Positions 48,874 to 57,683 of a DNA stretch of 64,000 nucleotides are shown one piece after another. A program made the translations under genes and the position numbers. Each line of letters starts with the position of its first letter. The stretch's first letter is position 1. Source of the DNA: Bdellovibrionales bacterium (GTDB lineage: Bacteria > Bdellovibrionota > Bdellovibrionia > Bdellovibrionales > UBA1609); assembly GCA_027317865.1 (NCBI GenBank), contig DAHVQG010000013.1, forward strand, positions 17,718-81,717, given 5' to 3'. Below the pieces are notes generated by a model that worked only from the letters and a program-made list of their open reading frames with translations, did no database searches and was not told the DNA's origin.

Positions 48874-49211
48874 GCGGCATCTATTCCGGTTTTAGTTGCC
48901 TCAATTCGGCGCTTGTCATGCCAAGTGCGAATCTGTTTTTTCAGATCCAATATAATTTTATCAATCGCTGGTTTTTGCCACATTCTATTGTGACGAGATT
49001 TTTCGGCCGGTTTTATGGTCGCGGTTGCGGCAAAAGACTCATTTAAAGAAGTGAACTGTACCGAAAAGATGAATCCATCGTCAGTTTGTGTCGACTCGGC
49101 TTTTATCGACGAATGGTAGGGCATGTGCTCCGCAATTCGCGCAAGCTCATGGTTAGCGTAGTATTCGAGCTCATTTCGTGGAACGTAGTTTGTGAACTTG
49201 AATCGGGCCAT
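48870..49211 (-). CDS. Hypothetical protein, possibly HPF/RaiA-like fold
   Basis: SD AGGAGG; beta-alpha-beta-beta-beta-alpha pattern ending [19 protein letters not shown]. Confidence 0.55.
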   Translation of the reverse strand: MARFKFTNYVPRNELEYYANHELARIAEHMPYHSSIKAESTQTDDGFIFSVQFTSLNESFAATATIKPAEKSRHNRMWQKPAIDKIILDLKKQIRTWHDKRRIEATKTGIDAA

Positions 49212-49398
49212 TGGGATCTCCTCCTTGTGTTAACGTCATAATCTATTCTGACATAAGTTTATTGCAGCCGTATGGCATCGATGTGATTTTTTTTTAACTT
49301 GGCCACTAGGTACAACCAATTGCAGGAATTCCCCATAACTGGCCGGGGGATAGCCGTGTAGTCTCAATCCTAACGTCTAACTTTGAGACAGTTTATGG

Positions 49399-50385
49399 CT
49401 AAATCGCCCGTTCTTCGATGACTGAGTGGCGCACAGAAAATTCGTGCTCAAGAATACGGCGGTAGAATTCGATACCTCGTGTCTGCCTGGCGCTGACAAT
49501 AAGTTCACAAGCTAATACTTGCGGGGAAATTTGCCAGACGTGCAAATCGAGAATATGCGAACCTTCCGATTCAATTCTCTGCTTTAGTTTTTCATAATCG
49601 ACCTGTCGTGCGTGACCGTCGAGCAAATCCCAGCCCGATTCTTTTATAAGCGACCAAGACCAACTCAATATAATTATGGCACCGACGATGCCAATTAACG
49701 GGTCAAGAATTCGCCAATGAAAATATTTGCCAAATAAAAGCGCAATTATGGCGCCGACAGAAGTGACGGCGTCGGCAAGGACGTGAATGTAGGCCGCGCG
49801 AATATTCAAATCGCGTTTATGACCATGGTCATGGTCATGGTCATGATCGTGATCATGTTCATGCTCGTGTTCGTGCTCGTCGGAGTGATGGTGGCCCATC
49901 CCATAGTCGTGAAGAATCAAGGCACTTACGACATTAACAACAAGTCCGATGGCCGCAACTTTCAATGCTTCGCTGAAGTGAATCACCTCGGGATGAATCA
50001 AGCGATCAATCGACTGTTTAGCAATGAAACCAGCGACCAATATCAGAATAATACCGCTGGCAAAACCGCCGAGAGCCAAAATCTTGCCGCCGCCAAAATT
50101 GAAATTGCGGGCCATTTCAGGATTAGTTGCGAGCCGGTACATCAAATAAGTGATTCCGATGGCAAGCGCATGCGTCGCCATGTGCCATCCATCGGCGGTT
50201 AAGGCCATGGACCGGGTCATGTGACCGTAATAAATTTCAGCAATCATCATGGTGAGCGTGATTGCAAAAACCCACAAAGATTTTTGCGCGTTTTTTCGAA
50301 TCGCCGGGTCAAGAATTAAAAAATCATTTTCGCATGAATGGACATTCTTACGTGTTTTATTGCCCGCAATGAATTCAGCTATCAC
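49399..50385 (-). CDS. dmeF: CDF family Co/Ni/Zn efflux transporter DmeF-like
   Basis: SMALTADGWHMATH, His-rich loop, NIRAAYIHVLADA, DLHVW. Confidence 0.88.
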   Translation of the reverse strand: MIAEFIAGNKTRKNVHSCENDFLILDPAIRKNAQKSLWVFAITLTMMIAEIYYGHMTRSMALTADGWHMATHALAIGITYLMYRLATNPEMARNFNFGGGKILALGGFASGIILILVAGFIAKQSIDRLIHPEVIHFSEALKVAAIGLVVNVVSALILHDYGMGHHHSDEHEHEHEHDHDHDHDHDHGHKRDLNIRAAYIHVLADAVTSVGAIIALLFGKYFHWRILDPLIGIVGAIIILSWSWSLIKESGWDLLDGHARQVDYEKLKQRIESEGSHILDLHVWQISPQVLACELIVSARQTRGIEFYRRILEHEFSVRHSVIEERAI

Positions 50386-51362
50386 GTACGTGCTCCTGTG
50401 GGGTCAATCGAGCGAAACCGGTCCATCGTTTCGACAAGGTGATGAATAATTCCGGGCTCAGTGGCGGAGTGGCCGGCGTTGGGTACAATGTGCAATTGCG
50501 ATTTGGGGAGAGCTTTGTGCAGCTCCCACGCGTTTTCAACGGGGCAACAGCAGTCGTAACGCCCGTGCACAATGACTGTCGGGATATCACAAATTTTGAC
50601 CGCGTTTTCAAGTAGCCAGTTGTCGGTTTTGAAAAATGCAGAGTGCGCAAAATAGTGACATTCGATGCGCGCGAAAGCGATAGCGAAATTAGGATCGTTG
50701 AAATCATGCATTAGATTTTCATCGGGGATGAGTTTTGCCGTTGAACCCTCCCACACGCTCCATATTCGAGCTGCTTCTAATTGGACTTCGGGGTTTGAGT
50801 CAGTCAAACGCTTGTAATAGGCGCGAACAAAATCGTGGCGTTCGTCTTCAGGGATATGATTTTTATATGGCTCCCACATATCGGGAAATATAAAACTCGC
50901 ACCCGATTGATAAAACCAATCGATTTCTTTTTTTCGACACATAAATATGCCGCGCAAGCATAGCGACTTTACTTTTTCTGGATGAGTCTCGGCATAAGCA
51001 AGCGAAAGCGTCGACCCCCAACTGCCGCCGAAAACATGCCAGCGCGCGATATCGAGGCGACTGCGGAGACGCTCAATGTCGGCGACGAGATCCCATGTCG
51101 TGTTATCGCGCAATTCGGCGTGCGGTGTACTTTGACCGCAACCGCGCTGGTCAAACAAGACAATACGGTAATGATTGGGGTCAAAATAGCGGCGATTTTT
51201 CGGGCTTATGCCACCACCGGGCCCCCCGTGCAGAAAAACAACAGGGTCGCCTTTGGGGTTGCCGCATTCTTCAAAATACAGCTCATGGAGCTCTGAAACT
51301 TTTAGCCGGCCTGTATTGTAAGGTTCGATATCGGGATACACATCGCGCATTTGATTTGTCAT
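50382..51362 (-). CDS. pip: Proline iminopeptidase
   Basis: HGGPGGG, FDQRGCG, GGSWG nucleophile, GRYD, AGHS; start 51362 or 51350. Confidence 0.95.
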   Translation of the reverse strand: MTNQMRDVYPDIEPYNTGRLKVSELHELYFEECGNPKGDPVVFLHGGPGGGISPKNRRYFDPNHYRIVLFDQRGCGQSTPHAELRDNTTWDLVADIERLRSRLDIARWHVFGGSWGSTLSLAYAETHPEKVKSLCLRGIFMCRKKEIDWFYQSGASFIFPDMWEPYKNHIPEDERHDFVRAYYKRLTDSNPEVQLEAARIWSVWEGSTAKLIPDENLMHDFNDPNFAIAFARIECHYFAHSAFFKTDNWLLENAVKICDIPTVIVHGRYDCCCPVENAWELHKALPKSQLHIVPNAGHSATEPGIIHHLVETMDRFRSIDPTGART

Positions 51363-51386
51363 GGTTGCATAGCCTACAATGGCCGG

Positions 51387-53033
51387 ATGCAAACGGCCAA
51401 GGAGTTTTTAGCTACAGGTACGAAGTTTCAATTGGGGTTTCTAGAGACTGAAAAGTCGCATCCCAAAACCCGCGAACTTTCTGAGTTGGCGCGCACGGAT
51501 TTGCGACACGCAATTGCGACGCTTGCCGAAATTGATTGCGATGCGCTCGATGTAGTATCGGCACGCAGTGAGCAAATATACGGATTGCGCCGACAAATTG
51601 AAGAAACCTGGGCGTCACGGCATCGTGTGTTTTTATGCGGTTGCGGGGCTACCGGCAGATTATCGCTGGCGCTTGAATGTATGCATCGCGAGCGCGTAGC
51701 GCAATATTTAAGCGACACGAAAGGTGGTCAATCGGCTGCTTCCGAACTTGTAGTTTCGTTTATGGCGGGCGGAGATGTAGCTCTTGTGCATTCGCTCGAA
51801 GGGTTCGAGGACTTTCCGGAATACGGGGCGCGCCAATTACGCGATCTCGGCTTTTGTGATGGTGATCTACTCATTGCATGCACGGAGGGCGGTGAAACTC
51901 CGTACGTTATCGGGGCAACAGAAGAAGCGGCGCAAATGAGCCAGCGATCGCCATATTTTCTCTATTGCAATCCAGATACCATTTTGTGCGAACACGTTGA
52001 ACGGTCTCGGCGCGTGATTGAAAATCCTAAAATTACTAAAATTAATTTAACTGTTGGACCAATGGCATTGGCGGGCAGCACGCGGATGCAGGCGTCAACG
52101 GTTTTGCAATTGGCGGTCGGTCTGGCACTTCTATCGGTACCAATTCCGGGGTTAGCCACATCACAAATTAATGATGCCAAAGGTTTTTGCGAGGTGTGTG
52201 ACCGGGTAATCGTTGAATTAAAAAAGTACCTGAGTCGAGAGGCTATCCGATTTTTACCTGGATTTATTGAGCGCGAGGCAAACGAATATTTGGCTGGCCG
52301 TTACGTCATGTATGGCGTGAATGCATACGGAATCACGGTATTCACCGATACGACCGAGCGCGCCCCGACATTTTCGCTGACGCCTTTCGGCCATCGCCAA
52401 GCGGAACGGCTTTTACAATTGAAACCTTCGCTGTGCTACATCTACATGGCCGATAACAAAACATCGCTGGAGGCCTGGCAGAAGCTTCTAGGACGGGCAC
52501 CCCGGCCGGTTAATTGGACGGAAGTCGACACGCGCACGGCGCCACAGTATCTCGAAGCTTTTGATTTCACAGAACGCGGCGCTCGTGATTTTCGGACGTG
52601 GCGAACAAATAGTGCCGAACACACCGATTTTCGCATAGGTAAAAATAAAAATAGTTTATATTGGGATTTTCGAGATTTGCAGCGCGGCTTAGTTCTGCCG
52701 CACGAATTGCTGCCGCAAGGCAAAAACGAAGGTACCGGCGTCGACTCGTTGTTCGCGCACATGCTTCTCAAAACAATGCTTAATATTCATTCGACGCTCG
52801 TCATGGGGCGACTCAACCGGTACAAACGAAATTTAATGACTTGGGTTTATCCGACAAACGGCAAGTTGATTGATCGTGCCGCGAGATACGCACGAACGCT
52901 CCTGCAAGAGGATGGCATCGAAATCAGTTATGAAGATACCGTGCACGCCCTTTTTGAGGTTAAAAAACAAATCACCGGAAACGATTCAGTGGTGCTTGCC
53001 ACATACGAATATTTAAAGAAGAACCGGGTATAG
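51387..53033 (+). CDS. MurQ/glucokinase-regulatory-protein-like double SIS domain protein
   Basis: TEKSHP, GCGATGRL, AGGD.AL...EGFED, GP...AGSTRMQA, DTTERAPTF, LN..ST..M......NLM....N.KL..RA. Confidence 0.8.
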   Translation: MQTAKEFLATGTKFQLGFLETEKSHPKTRELSELARTDLRHAIATLAEIDCDALDVVSARSEQIYGLRRQIEETWASRHRVFLCGCGATGRLSLALECMHRERVAQYLSDTKGGQSAASELVVSFMAGGDVALVHSLEGFEDFPEYGARQLRDLGFCDGDLLIACTEGGETPYVIGATEEAAQMSQRSPYFLYCNPDTILCEHVERSRRVIENPKITKINLTVGPMALAGSTRMQASTVLQLAVGLALLSVPIPGLATSQINDAKGFCEVCDRVIVELKKYLSREAIRFLPGFIEREANEYLAGRYVMYGVNAYGITVFTDTTERAPTFSLTPFGHRQAERLLQLKPSLCYIYMADNKTSLEAWQKLLGRAPRPVNWTEVDTRTAPQYLEAFDFTERGARDFRTWRTNSAEHTDFRIGKNKNSLYWDFRDLQRGLVLPHELLPQGKNEGTGVDSLFAHMLLKTMLNIHSTLVMGRLNRYKRNLMTWVYPTNGKLIDRAARYARTLLQEDGIEISYEDTVHALFEVKKQITGNDSVVLATYEYLKKNRV

Positions 53034-53036
53034 GTT

Positions 53037-54632
53037 TTACCGCGCTAATTCAACCGCCTCGGTTTCGCGAACAACGGTGACTTTGATTTGGCCTGGATAC
53101 TGCATTTCGTTTTCGATTTTCTGCGCAATTTGTTTGCTGAGTTCAAGGGCATCCCAATCGGTGAGACGCCGGCCATCAACGAAAACGCGAACTTCGCGGC
53201 CCGCGCTGAGGACATGCGTATCCGTGACGCCGTCAAAACCGCGCGCGATGGTTTGCAAATCTTGAATTTTTTGCGTGTAGGTCGCAACTGTTGAACGACG
53301 GGCGCCAGGGCGTGAGCCCGATATGGCGTCAGCGGCGATCACCAAAAAAGCCAAGTCGCTATCGGGAGTTTCGTCATAATGGTGCGCGCGTACAGCGTGC
53401 ACAATTTGATCTGGTTCCCCATTTTGCTTGATAAAGTCGGCGCCAATGACGGCGTGCCCACCTTCGACGGTATGATCCATGGCTTTGCCTATATCGTGGA
53501 GAAGCCCGGCACGACGCGCGTCTTTTACTGGAACTCCAAGTTCTGTTGCAAGTAGACCGCAGAGCCAACCAACTTCAGCGCAATGAAAATATTGATTTTG
53601 TGTAAATGAATACCGGTAGCGAAGCGCGCCCATCATATTGCGAATTTCTTGGTGCAAACCCTCAAGTCGCAATTCTTTTGCCACGCGATTTCCGTCTTGC
53701 AAGATACGTTGAAACAAATCACGTTTCGTTTTAGCAGCCAGTTGCTCGATTCGGTTTGAGGTGATGTCGCGCTCGTTCATGACCTTTTCAACGAGCGCGC
53801 GGCCGAACTCACGGCGAACGGGGTCGAAGCCATAAACGTTAATGGCGTTGTGAGCTTCATCGTAGACCAAATCCACTCCGCAAAGCTTTTCAATTTGTCT
53901 GAGATGGGCTTGATTATTTGCGAGGACCCGCCTTTTCTGGTCTTCGCTATCAAAATTGAGGTAGCCGATACCACGTTCCGGGCAGTAGGGGCGGGCAAAT
54001 CGGTTGATTGCCATCGTTAAAAGTTTTTTTGCCTCAGTTTCAGCCTGTTTCACGGAGTCTTCTTCGTAAAGTTGCATCGATTTCGTGGTCTCGAGCTGAT
54101 GATTCTCAAGTATTTTGGTTTGAATTTGCGCAGTTAAATTTGCGGCTTGAACCTGGCTTGCCGATTCGAGCTTTTGCAAAAGATTGCGGCGCAAATTTTT
54201 GATGAGTTCACGGCGCGTGTCGACCTTTTGCCGTAATTGGTTCACCTTATTGTCGAAACTGTCGACAGTCGATTGCCGGTCGCGAACGCTTTCTTCACGA
54301 TCAGCGAGGGCATCATTGAGTTCGCTTTCGTGATTTTGAATTTTTATCTGCCAAGCCGAAAGTTTTTCTTCGAGCTGTGCCGATTCGCGTTGCCACCGGC
54401 CGCGAATTTGTTCGTCGAGCTCTTCACTGCGCTTTTTGGCTTCAGACATAATTTCGTCAGCGTGCTCGTTTGCTTCGCTGAGCAAACGTCGAGCCTCAGC
54501 CCGGGCTTCGAGACGTCGGACAATAAAAACCACCGTCGTCAGCGCGCCCACAACCAAAAGTCCGAGAAAAAACGAGAACATAGCGAAAAGGCCAGGATCG
54601 CGAAATACAGGATAAAGAAGTTGCTCGTACAT
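53037..54632 (-). CDS. rny: Ribonuclease Y
   Basis: N-terminal TM, coiled coil, KH-like region, GLLHDIGKA HD motif, AADAISGSRPGARR, AGREVRV, YPGQIKVTVVRE; start could be 54581. Confidence 0.93.
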   Translation of the reverse strand: MYEQLLYPVFRDPGLFAMFSFFLGLLVVGALTTVVFIVRRLEARAEARRLLSEANEHADEIMSEAKKRSEELDEQIRGRWQRESAQLEEKLSAWQIKIQNHESELNDALADREESVRDRQSTVDSFDNKVNQLRQKVDTRRELIKNLRRNLLQKLESASQVQAANLTAQIQTKILENHQLETTKSMQLYEEDSVKQAETEAKKLLTMAINRFARPYCPERGIGYLNFDSEDQKRRVLANNQAHLRQIEKLCGVDLVYDEAHNAINVYGFDPVRREFGRALVEKVMNERDITSNRIEQLAAKTKRDLFQRILQDGNRVAKELRLEGLHQEIRNMMGALRYRYSFTQNQYFHCAEVGWLCGLLATELGVPVKDARRAGLLHDIGKAMDHTVEGGHAVIGADFIKQNGEPDQIVHAVRAHHYDETPDSDLAFLVIAADAISGSRPGARRSTVATYTQKIQDLQTIARGFDGVTDTHVLSAGREVRVFVDGRRLTDWDALELSKQIAQKIENEMQYPGQIKVTVVRETEAVELAR

Positions 54633-54662
54633 GCCGAATTATTTACCACGAGGCGACATCCA

Positions 54663-55913
54663 TTGTCACAAGAAAAGCGATTTAAAAAAGGCGACCTGAT
54701 CTTTAAAGAAGGCGACGTTTTGTCGTCATTCTATCTCTTACAGTCCGGTCGTGTTTCGCTCTTTTTAGAGCGTGCCGGTCAACGTACAGAAATCGACCAA
54801 CCGGCAATTGGCCAAATGTTTGGTGAACAGGGTATCTTTGGTTTTCCGAAGCAAATGTTTAGTGCCGAGGCACAAACCGAAGTTCGGGTGGTCGAGATGC
54901 CGATTGATCCAATGAAAACCGTGTTTGAAAAATCGCCGGGAGCGTACAAGCTGTTTGTGAAAGCCATGGGCGATGAATTGCGTCGATTACGTGGCATCGT
55001 AAAATCAAATAAAATGGATGGTGGCGATACTGGTATCTGCCCGCCGCGGATGATTCCGCGATTGTGCGCAATACTCGTACTTGTTGCGGAACATTCCGGT
55101 CAAAAACCGAAACCTCCGCCCACAAACGTTGCGCCTTTTAAAAAACCCGAAGAACCGCAAGGTTGGGTCGCCGCGCCCGATCCGCAATCCCCCGGGGGCG
55201 AATCGAGTTCTACCGCGCGATTTCGTGATACCGATATTATTGTGAACTTTAACACGCTGAAAATATATACGGCGCGAATGTTTCTTGAAAGCCCGCAGCG
55301 CATGCAGGGATTTTGCGAAATTCTATGCAAACTTGGTTACGTTTCGCTTCGCTATGAAAAAAACGAAGACACCGAAATGATGGAACTTCAGGAAGTGCGC
55401 ATCCACGATAAGGACGTGATCGAGCATTTTGGCGAATTCTACCAACATAATTTCTTTCGCGCGGGCAAATCCGAAATGATTGTCGTCGAAAAAACGGCGG
55501 TTTTGCTGGCAATGGGCTTTAGCGAGTTAGCCGCTCCGCTTGAGATCGATCGAAACGGCGCGGTTCGTGTACTGTATAAAGACATGACGGATCATTTACG
55601 AACGCGCTATGCGATCGAATTTAAAGATACGCACGTCAACCTTCTTGAGAAAAAAGGTCTGTTTATGAAACGACAGACGGTCGGTGAAGATGTGTTCGTG
55701 TCATATGATCGTCACGAGTGGAGCCAGACGAGCCGCTTCTGGCGGATTATTCAAGAAATCGACCGTTGGAATCAAACAGGCGCGGTCAATATGAATGAAG
55801 ACCTCACGGCAGTCAAAAGTTTAGCGTCTGGTGAAAAATGCCCGTCCTGTGGTCATGCCATTTCATCCCCAGCAAAATTTTGCCCCGAATGCGGAAATAA
55901 ACTCGCCGCTTAA
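54663..55913 (+). CDS. cNMP-binding (Crp-like) protein with C-terminal zinc ribbon
   Basis: FKKGDLIFKEGD...GQMFGEQ; C-terminal CPSC...FCPECG; TTG start at 54663 avoids overlap with rny. Confidence 0.75.
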   Translation: MSQEKRFKKGDLIFKEGDVLSSFYLLQSGRVSLFLERAGQRTEIDQPAIGQMFGEQGIFGFPKQMFSAEAQTEVRVVEMPIDPMKTVFEKSPGAYKLFVKAMGDELRRLRGIVKSNKMDGGDTGICPPRMIPRLCAILVLVAEHSGQKPKPPPTNVAPFKKPEEPQGWVAAPDPQSPGGESSSTARFRDTDIIVNFNTLKIYTARMFLESPQRMQGFCEILCKLGYVSLRYEKNEDTEMMELQEVRIHDKDVIEHFGEFYQHNFFRAGKSEMIVVEKTAVLLAMGFSELAAPLEIDRNGAVRVLYKDMTDHLRTRYAIEFKDTHVNLLEKKGLFMKRQTVGEDVFVSYDRHEWSQTSRFWRIIQEIDRWNQTGAVNMNEDLTAVKSLASGEKCPSCGHAISSPAKFCPECGNKLAA

Positions 55914-55989
55914 GGTCAATACGTTTCAGTTGGAACATTTGCACCCTCAAGGTATATAACTGTTCAACAGTTTTGTCGGAGGGGGGCCA

Positions 55990-57162
55990 ATGACAGATTT
56001 GAAAGCAGTACGCGCGGTGTTTTGGGCTTCGTGTGTGGCAATGTTTATAGGTGTCAATGCGAATGCCGCGGTCGTAATACGCGGGGCGAATTTTAACTCT
56101 CACGGAATTGAACTTGGCAACACCGAGGTCGCAACTCCGGTGGGGCAATTTGCACAATTACCCCAGGGGCTTACAGCCGGAATATTCCAGCAAGACATCG
56201 ATCACACTGGCAAGCTCCCCGGGCAAACATTTTCGCAACGATATTGGGTCGATTCCGAATTTGCAGCGTCATCTTCCGCACCGGTCATTTATCACTTCTG
56301 TGGTGAGACCGATTGCACGCAAGCTTATTTTCTTCACGATAACGCGATTTTTTGGGCGCGTGAAATGGGCGCCCGCTTAGTTTATCTTGAACACCGGTAT
56401 TATGGCCGAAGCGTGCCGTTTTCGAATTTATCGGCCGCGCATTTAAAATATCTGACCTTGGCCAATGTGTTAGGCGATCTGGCGACGTTTCAAAAATGGA
56501 TATCAAAGAAAAATGGTTGGACCGGTCCGTGGATCGCGGTCGGCGGTTCGTACTCAGGCACACTTGCGGCTCTTTACCGGTTTAAGTACCCGAACCTTGT
56601 TGTTGGCGCATTGGCGGCCTCAGCTCCAATGGAGTCTGGCGTCGGCAATCTAGAAGGAACACAGCAAGACGTTGACGGATTGTCTTCGACGGCTCTCTCA
56701 CAAAATCTTGGCGGCGATCGTCAGTGGACGTATGAATCTTGCACCAAATTTGGGTTTTGGATGGCCAATTATGACTATTGGACTGGCGGATACGATTTAA
56801 TGGAACCAAGCCCGTGGTTATGCCATCAGCTATTCGGTAATGTTAGTTTGTACAATTCGCAAAGTTACAATCAAAAGTACTACGAACCGTTTATATCAAA
56901 CGCACCGAATGCCCCCAGCAATATTTTATTCACGTACGGGAGCGCCGATATTTGGACCAATATTGGGCTTCCGGTAAATGGTGTCGCAAATCCGAATATT
57001 ACGGTTCATTTGATCGAAGGCGCTGGGCACCATTTTGATTTGAATTATCCGAGTCAGGATGACAGTCAATCCGTGCTAAACGCTCGCGTATTATTTTACC
57101 AAATGGCTGAACAGTGGATTCAAAATTATAATCAAACGCACGCGAGATTTTACCAACGGTGA
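55990..57162 (+). CDS. Secreted serine peptidase, family S28
   Basis: FSQRYW, LEHRYYGRS.PF, LKYLT...LGDLA.F, GGSYSG, Asp in SADIW, His in AGHHFDL; signal peptide; SD GGAGG. Confidence 0.9.
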   Translation: MTDLKAVRAVFWASCVAMFIGVNANAAVVIRGANFNSHGIELGNTEVATPVGQFAQLPQGLTAGIFQQDIDHTGKLPGQTFSQRYWVDSEFAASSSAPVIYHFCGETDCTQAYFLHDNAIFWAREMGARLVYLEHRYYGRSVPFSNLSAAHLKYLTLANVLGDLATFQKWISKKNGWTGPWIAVGGSYSGTLAALYRFKYPNLVVGALAASAPMESGVGNLEGTQQDVDGLSSTALSQNLGGDRQWTYESCTKFGFWMANYDYWTGGYDLMEPSPWLCHQLFGNVSLYNSQSYNQKYYEPFISNAPNAPSNILFTYGSADIWTNIGLPVNGVANPNITVHLIEGAGHHFDLNYPSQDDSQSVLNARVLFYQMAEQWIQNYNQTHARFYQR

Positions 57163-57683
57163 TAGGCCGGGTGACCCTCGCGAACCGCAACAAATAATCC
57201 GCGGCATTTGGCTGTGAGTTTCGCTTCAGCTGCGTTCTTGAGCGGGTCAGCCGTCCAGAGTTCGCCTTCAATCCACGCGCGATCTTGTTTTACAAATTCG
57301 ACAACATGGGCTTTTAAAAAAACGGGCTTATCAGCCGGTGTTGGTCGCAAAAGTTGAATGTGATATTCAGCGGTCACTGTGCACGGTATCTTTTCTAAAT
57401 TCCATTTGTTTTTCAGCGCCCATGCCGCCGTCCAGTTGCAATGACAGTCGAGGAGCGAGCCGATGATTCCGCCATTGAGCATGCCAGGAAAAGCCTGATG
57501 GTGTGCCGCTGGCTGCCATTCGCAAACGATTTCGTCCGGGTTTTCTTTCGATGGAAGACTGCGAATTCGAAGGCCTTGCTTGTTCGCGGGCCCGCACCCG
57601 AAACAAATGCTGTTTGGGGCAAAAAATTCTTGCAGGCTCTTTTTGCCCAAAAGGTCCGAACCGGTATGAGTCGAATCGCTCAT
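57150..57683 (-). CDS. PaaI/hotdog-fold thioesterase
   Basis: CFGCGPAN..GL, PGMLNGGIIGSLLD, VTAEY.I..LRPTP. Confidence 0.88.
   Translation of the reverse strand: MSDSTHTGSDLLGKKSLQEFFAPNSICFGCGPANKQGLRIRSLPSKENPDEIVCEWQPAAHHQAFPGMLNGGIIGSLLDCHCNWTAAWALKNKWNLEKIPCTVTAEYHIQLLRPTPADKPVFLKAHVVEFVKQDRAWIEGELWTADPLKNAAEAKLTAKCRGLFVAVREGHPAYHRW

Noticed and set aside
49783-50202. Plus-strand ORF with MVMVMV repeats, and the underlying 6-nt repeat
   Set aside because: It is antisense to the His-rich (HE/HD)n loop of the DmeF-like transporter, a normal feature of that family.
54237-54662. 142-aa N-terminal extension of the Crp-like ORF
   Set aside because: It lies antisense to rny; the cNMP domain begins right after TTG 54663.
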